The translations under genes were made by a program, and so were the position numbers. Positions 58,683-64,000 of a DNA stretch of 64,000 nucleotides are shown here, one piece after another; the first letter of the stretch is position 1, and each line of letters begins with the position of its first letter. This DNA is from Macrostomum lignano (Eukaryota), in contig NIVC01000010.1 in assembly GCA_002269645.1 (NCBI GenBank), forward strand, positions 868,001-932,000, in the 5' to 3' direction. The notes under the pieces were generated by a model. That model did not search any database. It had not been told where the DNA came from and saw nothing but the letters and a program-made list of their open reading frames with translations.

Positions 58683-59306
58683 TTACTGCTGGTTTCTGCC
58701 GCCTCTTTGGTTCGCGAAGTTGGTATGAAGCATGCCTGTAGGCATCGCTGCCACGATCTTCATATTTTTAATTTCATTCAGGCCACTGGCTTGGTCTTTG
58801 TGGAAGTCGTTGTAGAAATCATTAGTTCCAATTGCTTGCTCGACTAAAAAATCGTCTCGATCCGGATCCGTGCCGACTTCTTTTTTCACACTGACTTCTT
58901 CTTGTTGGCGTCGTCCTTGTAGAGCTTTTGCAATATCTACCTCTTCGGTCAGGGCCCAAAAAGCGGTACTATATTTTGGGCTTGGGCGGTCGCGCCTTTC
59001 ATTCGATGTAATCTCCTTCAATAGATCGAAAATATTGCTTCCTGGCCAGGTTTTTCCATCAAATACAATTTCCCACGACTTGTTGTACTCCAAATTTGGG
59101 TATCTTTCTGTCAGCATGTCCCAAACACGTTGTTGTCGTTCAGGAAAACGATTACTCTTCTTTTGCTTGATCTGACTTAGTTTATTTTGGAGTTGAGTGT
59201 TGTATTCAATGAGTTTTTCATATTCTGTTTTGGATGCAATTTCTCGGGGTGCGCCTTGACTTAGTCTATTAAATTCTTCTTCTGGTACAACAACGTATTT
59301 ATTCAT
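58683..59306 (-). CDS. Conserved Polinton hypothetical protein (207 aa)
   Basis: MNKYVVVPEEEF start and FDGKTWPGSNIFDLL motif typical of Polinton unknowns; ATG 1 nt after the upstream stop. Confidence 0.7.
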   Translation of the reverse strand: MNKYVVVPEEEFNRLSQGAPREIASKTEYEKLIEYNTQLQNKLSQIKQKKSNRFPERQQRVWDMLTERYPNLEYNKSWEIVFDGKTWPGSNIFDLLKEITSNERRDRPSPKYSTAFWALTEEVDIAKALQGRRQQEEVSVKKEVGTDPDRDDFLVEQAIGTNDFYNDFHKDQASGLNEIKNMKIVAAMPTGMLHTNFANQRGGRNQQ

Positions 59307-59307
59307 T

Positions 59308-59662
59308 TTAGCGACCGAGTAGTCCGCCAAACAGGCTTGATATTAGCGGTGCAGCAACAGATGCAAGGATGGGTAGAAAGCCACCGACTTGAGGATTCGA
59401 GAGAAGCATATTCTTCTTCCTATTTATAGACAATTTTGTGTCTGCCAATTCACGCAACGATCTTCTGTATCGCTTTAATCGCAGATACTGTTTCGGAGAA
59501 AGATCGATATTTCCCCGGAGCACGTTGTGACTCAATTCACAGAGACAATGAATTAGTTCCTTGCCTGCACCTCGAATAATGGCCCGCCGAAGAGTGGGAC
59601 GGGCTTTGGCGAGCTCTGCGAGCTCGCCGCGACAAGAACAGTCTGGAGATTCCGTTTGTCAT
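59308..59662 (-). pseudogene. Adenovirus pX/mu-like small core protein with a +1 frameshift
   Basis: ELAELAKARPTLRRAII...LIHCLCELSHNVLRGNIDL...QVGGFLPILASVAAPL. The ATG at 59662 is out of frame by 1 nt (355 nt). Confidence 0.78.
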
Positions 59663-59807
59663 TTTGTTTAGCAAAAAGATGTTGGTTGCAGTGCACTGCA
59701 ATTTATGCACAATATATTTATAGACAATTTTATAGCAGCTTGTACGTACATACAAATTCAGTACAGTCGTAAAACAGTAAAGTAAAGTTACGCAACAGCT
59801 ACATGGA

Positions 59808-60293
59808 TTAGACATGCAAAACGCTAGTCACATGATCGTACATTTGACAGAGCTCTTTAAAGTTTCGTATTCCAAGGAAAACAAGGCGGCCATTCTTTCC
59901 GCATAATAAACATTTAGCATTGCGAAATGGAGACTTTATTACTATTCCATTGAAAACTTCACACTCCCACTTCACCCAGCGGGACCCGGAGTATGCAATT
60001 TGGAAAAAGTTTGGCCATCTGTCTACTTCAGCGCGGTAAGTACTAGTGGTAACAACAACAGAAATTGGTTTACATTGAGGAAAAAGACGCTAAACTTGGT
60101 TGACTGAGCGACAACCGAATACAATTGCAGACAAAGAACGCTGAAAAAAGTTGATTGTACATTTTCCTATTCGCAAATTGATAAGAGCTCTTGGTCTGCG
60201 AAATGTCCGTGCGCTCGCCCAGTCCAAGTCAGGCATGCGGCTCCATTTCGCGCAAAACACTCGGTTCACACACTCGACGTTCTGCAAGTAGAT
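59808..60293 (-). pseudogene. TATA-binding protein (TBP)-like two-repeat core, with an internal TAG and no in-frame ATG
   Basis: Translation: IYLQNVECVNRVFC...ALINLRIGKCTINFFQRSLSAIVFGCRSVNQV*RL...KWECEVFNGIVIKSPFRNAKCLLCGKNGRLVFLGIRNFKELCQMYDHVTSVLHV*. It aligns by eye to TBP motifs LQNIV, [66 protein letters not shown]. Confidence 0.75.
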
Positions 60294-61018
60294 TTTTCGG
60301 CAGTTTTTACTTTCGTATCCTTCTTGGGGGCTTTCGACCGCTTCTTTGATTCGTTGGCTGCCACTAGTTTCGATTGATGCTGTCGCTTTCTGGCCTGATT
60401 TTTAGGCACCTTTGGCTGCTTCTCCTTGACAAGCTTTGGTGGTTTCTTTGCTTTCTTGCTTACTTTCTTGGCGCCTACCTTGATTTTTGGAGGTGGCGTC
60501 CAAAAGCAACGATCGAATGCCTGTTTGGCTTCTTCGACAAACTGTAGCTGTTGAATTTTTGGCATTGCGGTCAAAACAGCGTCTCGAATCACGGCCGTGT
60601 CGAGAGTAAATAGAATCCTGTAGTAGCCGCTCTTGTTTTTGTAATCCTCTACAGGCAGTCCATTTTGGTCGTTCATTTTAAAGTCGTGAGCCAGCCCAAA
60701 CGCTGCACTGTCACCTCCAAACGCTGGGTTGTAGCCCAGCAGAGCTAGACTTTCGCTGGAAAGGTGCTCCGCCACAGTGTTGAAAGTGTAGGGTATGCAG
60801 CTTTCAATGTGTTTTTGTGCAATGATGATGAATTCGCGACCTTCGTTGTCAGTACGCACACCCTTGACGATCAAAACAGGGACCGCATTGGCCAAGTAGA
60901 GAGGTCCCTGTTCGTCATATTCAATGTCAAACGTTTCAACCCCGTTGAAGCTCGGACCTCGCGGTTTGAGTGCCAGCAGCTCTCGCTTGACGCAGTTGAA
61001 GTCTTGCACTGTCTCCAT
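60266..61018 (-). CDS. Hypothetical 250-aa protein: globular N-domain plus Lys-rich tail
   Basis: ATG ORF with GTATATAA 61 nt upstream; beta-rich C-terminal part (SGYYRILFTLD...KIQQLQF); overlaps the TBP-like start. Confidence 0.7.
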   Translation of the reverse strand: METVQDFNCVKRELLALKPRGPSFNGVETFDIEYDEQGPLYLANAVPVLIVKGVRTDNEGREFIIIAQKHIESCIPYTFNTVAEHLSSESLALLGYNPAFGGDSAAFGLAHDFKMNDQNGLPVEDYKNKSGYYRILFTLDTAVIRDAVLTAMPKIQQLQFVEEAKQAFDRCFWTPPPKIKVGAKKVSKKAKKPPKLVKEKQPKVPKNQARKRQHQSKLVAANESKKRSKAPKKDTKVKTAEKSTCRTSSV

Positions 61019-61034
61019 GTCTCTTGTCTGTTTA

Positions 61035-61983
61035 GAAAATTTGCAGTTACGGGCGATTGCAGATGCTCCGGGCTGGTGATTATATACCCGAGAGTCTCAA
61101 TAAGTTTTTGTTTTAATTACACGATAACGAGCTTTTTACAGAGTTGTCGTTATCGAGGATTCCGGAAAAATGAACCTTTTGTTCTTATTTTCGGGTGCTG
61201 GCGTTGGAGGTGTGCTGAAATCCTTGCTCCAAGTTGCTGGTAGTTCAAGCTTTGGCGGTCTGTTCCTCTTGTGCTTTGGCAGCCAAAAATTCCAAATCTT
61301 TTGTTGCTCCTCCCACGACGGATTATACAGATCTTGATGGTTCCGAAAACGTATTTTTTGGCGATGCTCTTCACTTAGTATCGGAGCCAGTAATCTCTCC
61401 ATTCGTGCTAAATCAGCTTTGAATCTCATTTTGTCCCGTAGTTGCTCATTTATCCTGGCTGCTGCGTAGTCTTGGCTGTCGTAGGGGCCTTGATTAATTT
61501 CCTCGACCTTGGCATTGAAGGTGACTAATCGCTCGGAAATCGGTTTGCTGTGGCAAATGCACAACCAGTCAGCAGATTTTTTCAAGGCCTCATATTCGTC
61601 TTTTTCCTCGTTCGATAATAGGGGGTAGTCTCTGGAAATCCAGCTCATTTCTTGTCAAGCACTTGCTGCGTTGTTCGCACTAGTGGTGGGGATGTTATTC
61701 GAGCTTGAAAAACTGCCGAGAATCCGAGAAAAATTTGCAGGTACGGGTGCTTGGTGCCCCGGGTTGGTGCTTATATACCCGAGAGTCTCAATAAGTTTTT
61801 GTTTTAATTACATGTTAACGAGCTTTTTACGGTGTTGTCGTTATCGAGGATTCCAGAAAAAATGAGACTTTTGTACCTATTTTCGGTGCTGGTGTTGGAG
61901 GTGTGTTGAAATCCTTGCTCAAAGTTGTTGGCAGTTCATGCTTTGTCGGTCTGATCCTCTTGTGCTTTGGCAACCAAAAATTG
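61035..61983. repeat. ~260-bp direct repeat pair (61035-61295 and 61729-61983)
   Basis: Shared TTATATACCCGAGAGTCTCAATAAGTTTTTGTTTTAATTAC...GCTTTGGCA.CCAAAAATT with scattered substitutions. Confidence 0.9.
61136..61648 (-). CDS. Hypothetical 170-aa protein
   Basis: ATG ORF with an upstream TATA box; its C-terminus is duplicated at 61827-62009. Confidence 0.6.
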   Translation of the reverse strand: MSWISRDYPLLSNEEKDEYEALKKSADWLCICHSKPISERLVTFNAKVEEINQGPYDSQDYAAARINEQLRDKMRFKADLARMERLLAPILSEEHRQKIRFRNHQDLYNPSWEEQQKIWNFWLPKHKRNRPPKLELPATWSKDFSTPPTPAPENKNKRFIFPESSITTTL

Positions 61984-62009
61984 CTTGTCAAACACTGCGT
62001 TTTCCACAT
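61827..62009 (-). pseudogene. Truncated paralog of the 170-aa ORF (C-terminal 50 aa)
   Basis: NFWLPKHKRIRPTKHELPTTLSKDFNTPPTPAP versus NFWLPKHKRNRPPKLELPATWSKDFSTPPTPAP. Confidence 0.6.
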
Positions 62010-62770
62010 GATTGGGTTGTTAATTGAACTTGGTGAATTTAGATAAACGGCCGAGAATCCAAATTTTCTTATTTATAGTTTGCTGTCTGAACAAAGTTGG
62101 TTTGGCATCTTGTTAAACGAGAATATTTCATGCATAGATGTTTGTTTTTTCAGACCTTGATGACGTGTCTGGCTATAAAGTTAGCATTGTGTCTCGACCG
62201 GGTTGTTGCGTAACACTGCTGCTGGTAGCTATAGCGGCCAGCGCAGGGCAGAGGGGTGGACAGCGGCGATTTACAGCGGCTGACTCATCATGCCTCCGCG
62301 CGGGGCCGCCAATTAATTGTGGGGTCAAAGAATATTTCTTGGATGGGTGGGCGCTACAATACTGTGCGTACACGAAGTTTGGTATAAAAACAGCTATGGG
62401 GTGGGCGGACGCTACAATTCTGCGCGTACACCAATTTTGGGATGGACAGTAAATATGGACAAGTAATAATATGGACAGTTATGGGGTGAGTGGGCGCTCT
62501 AATTCTGCCAATTTTTGGTATATGGACAGTTAATATGGACAGTTAATTCTGCGTACACAAATGCTGCATTGTGTGGGGATGGGGGCGCGCGCGTTTCTAC
62601 GTACAACAACTGTGAAGCGCTAATTATGCGTACTATATTGTACTGGTCGTCGCTTCTGTACAATACAGTGTACACTGATTACATGTATAGATTTTACATG
62701 AGAGTATAAATGTCTCACATAATGACTCTGGACCAATTAGAATCGGTCTAATGTATTTAGATAGGCGTTG

Positions 62771-62810
62771 AATTTGCATTGGCTCTGACACCCACCTCAC
62801 CTCCAAAATC
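62771..62810. repeat. 40-bp perfect inverted repeat, right arm
   Basis: AATTTGCATTGGCTCTGACACCCACCTCACCTCCAAAATC. Confidence 0.95.
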
Positions 62811-64000
62811 GACACTTATCTGCACATTACGTAGTTGCGGATATCGTTGCCAAATCTGCTGGGGCAGCAGCACCGAATGCTGAGCCCACTGCCCGTCATC
62901 AAAAGTCTGGTAGAGCATGTACCACAGCATTAGGAAAATGTCTCTTGGTTTGGTCATGAAGGCACCGATGGTCAGACCGATGGATGACTCGCGGCCGATC
63001 ACGCAGTCAAAACTGCAAAGTTTTTCCTTCAATTCTAAGGTTTCAACTTTTTTGAGAGTTTGTAGGCATTGACAAGCATTTCGCTACCCATTAACACGCA
63101 CGCGGGATGCGTGCTATTGTCCATAGAAAAAAACATTAGTTTAACGAGTTTTTAGATGACCCAAATATTAATTATTAGATGATTAATTTTTTATTTATAC
63201 GGTTTATAATTGTAAATTATAAACAACAACTACTTATAGCATGAAAATGAGGGGGAAATGTCTAAAGCCATAGTTTCTCTCGAAGAATTAGTATTTTTGA
63301 TAGATACGCCCTACTCAAACACAGTGTTAATAAAATTGTTGTTGCCGTCAATGCAAACACGCATATTCTTGGTCGGACGTACAGGCCTCGATATGAACTG
63401 GCCGAGGAACCGGCTCGTCAATTGATTGTGGGGTGGCATTGCAACTGGTGATCCGTCATCACTTGCGTGCAGACAGTAGAACTGATAGAGCCGCTCGCAT
63501 TAGCAGAGAAAGACGCCTCATTGGACGGCATTGTGCTTGTGCTTGGAATATGCCGGCTTAGTGCACAGTTCACTGCCTTGGAACTCCTGAACAGACTGCG
63601 GTCCCGGCACCTGGTTAAATACCTTTTGACCGTCTTCTCACATTTCTGACCGGTAATAAGCATTATGTCTTGCAGCGAATGGCCAGCGGCGTCTAGATCG
63701 CACACGGCGAAATCCAAAAACGTGGGATAAAACGGTAAAACAAATCTGCGGACATTCGATGGAAAGTAATGTATCTAAAAAAGGTTTTTGAAAGATAGAT
63801 AGGTCTTTAGAAAATAGTTCTGGATAAAAACTATTGTTTTCATGCTTTATATTGTTGAATAAACAAGAAAAACCACAAAAAAGCATTTTGAAAGTCCGAG
63901 TTGACCAATTTGCAATTTTTTGTTTCACTTTTTTTCATTATTAAACAATTAATTTTAAGACTTGTAGGCCTTAGAGAAGGCTAATTTTTTTACTACTTAC

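Larger units (their letters stand above)
52970..64000 (-). mobile_element. Polinton/Maverick (adintovirus-like) endogenous virus; termini and pPolB not in view
   Basis: Contiguous intronless minus-strand block containing ATPase, adenain, MCP, pVI-like, mCP, rve integrase and pX-like genes. Boundaries are approximate. Confidence 0.93.

Noticed and set aside
62138-62452. 104-aa plus-strand ORF
   Set aside because: Runs into the iterated-motif region; no recognisable features.
62757-64000. Protein-primed DNA polymerase B
   Set aside because: No exonuclease or polymerase motifs (YDxE, DxxSLYP, KxxxNSxYG, YxDTDS) in any frame examined.

Overview
Eukaryotic (metazoan) genomic DNA with GT-AG introns. 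The style (compact exons, minisatellite-filled introns, Ser/Ala/Gln-rich linkers) suggests a free-living flatworm such as Macrostomum, but this is inference. Positions 1-40 kb hold six head-to-tail genes, all on the minus strand: SMARCAL1, STOML2, EXOSC9, VPS11, a 290-aa orphan and TPC3 (5' half). I reconstructed them exon by exon with consistent splice phases. Nearly every longer intron and intergenic gap carries its own tandem repeat, and STOML2 intron 2 contains a 1034-bp solo LTR. Positions 41-53 kb are a transposon graveyard: an LTR+gag stub, an internally deleted Ty3/gypsy element with intact gag, a LINE endonuclease fragment and a MITE-like end. Positions 53-64 kb contain a Polinton/Maverick (adintovirus-like) endogenous virus with packaging ATPase, adenain protease, major and minor capsids, a pVI/cupiennin-like protein, a pX-like protein and a chromodomain integrase; no pPolB lies in the window. 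The top finding is that this element carries a TATA-binding-protein (TBP)-like gene, hidden from the ORF track by a stop codon and a missing start. Almost all of the element's genes are preceded by TATAAATA or GTATATAA boxes, and the gene block is bracketed by a perfect 40-bp inverted repeat containing CCAAT plus an octamer. Other notable findings are two canonical PCNA-interacting (PIP) boxes on SMARCAL1, an NPF-bearing tail on VPS11, and a candidate trans-spliced operon.
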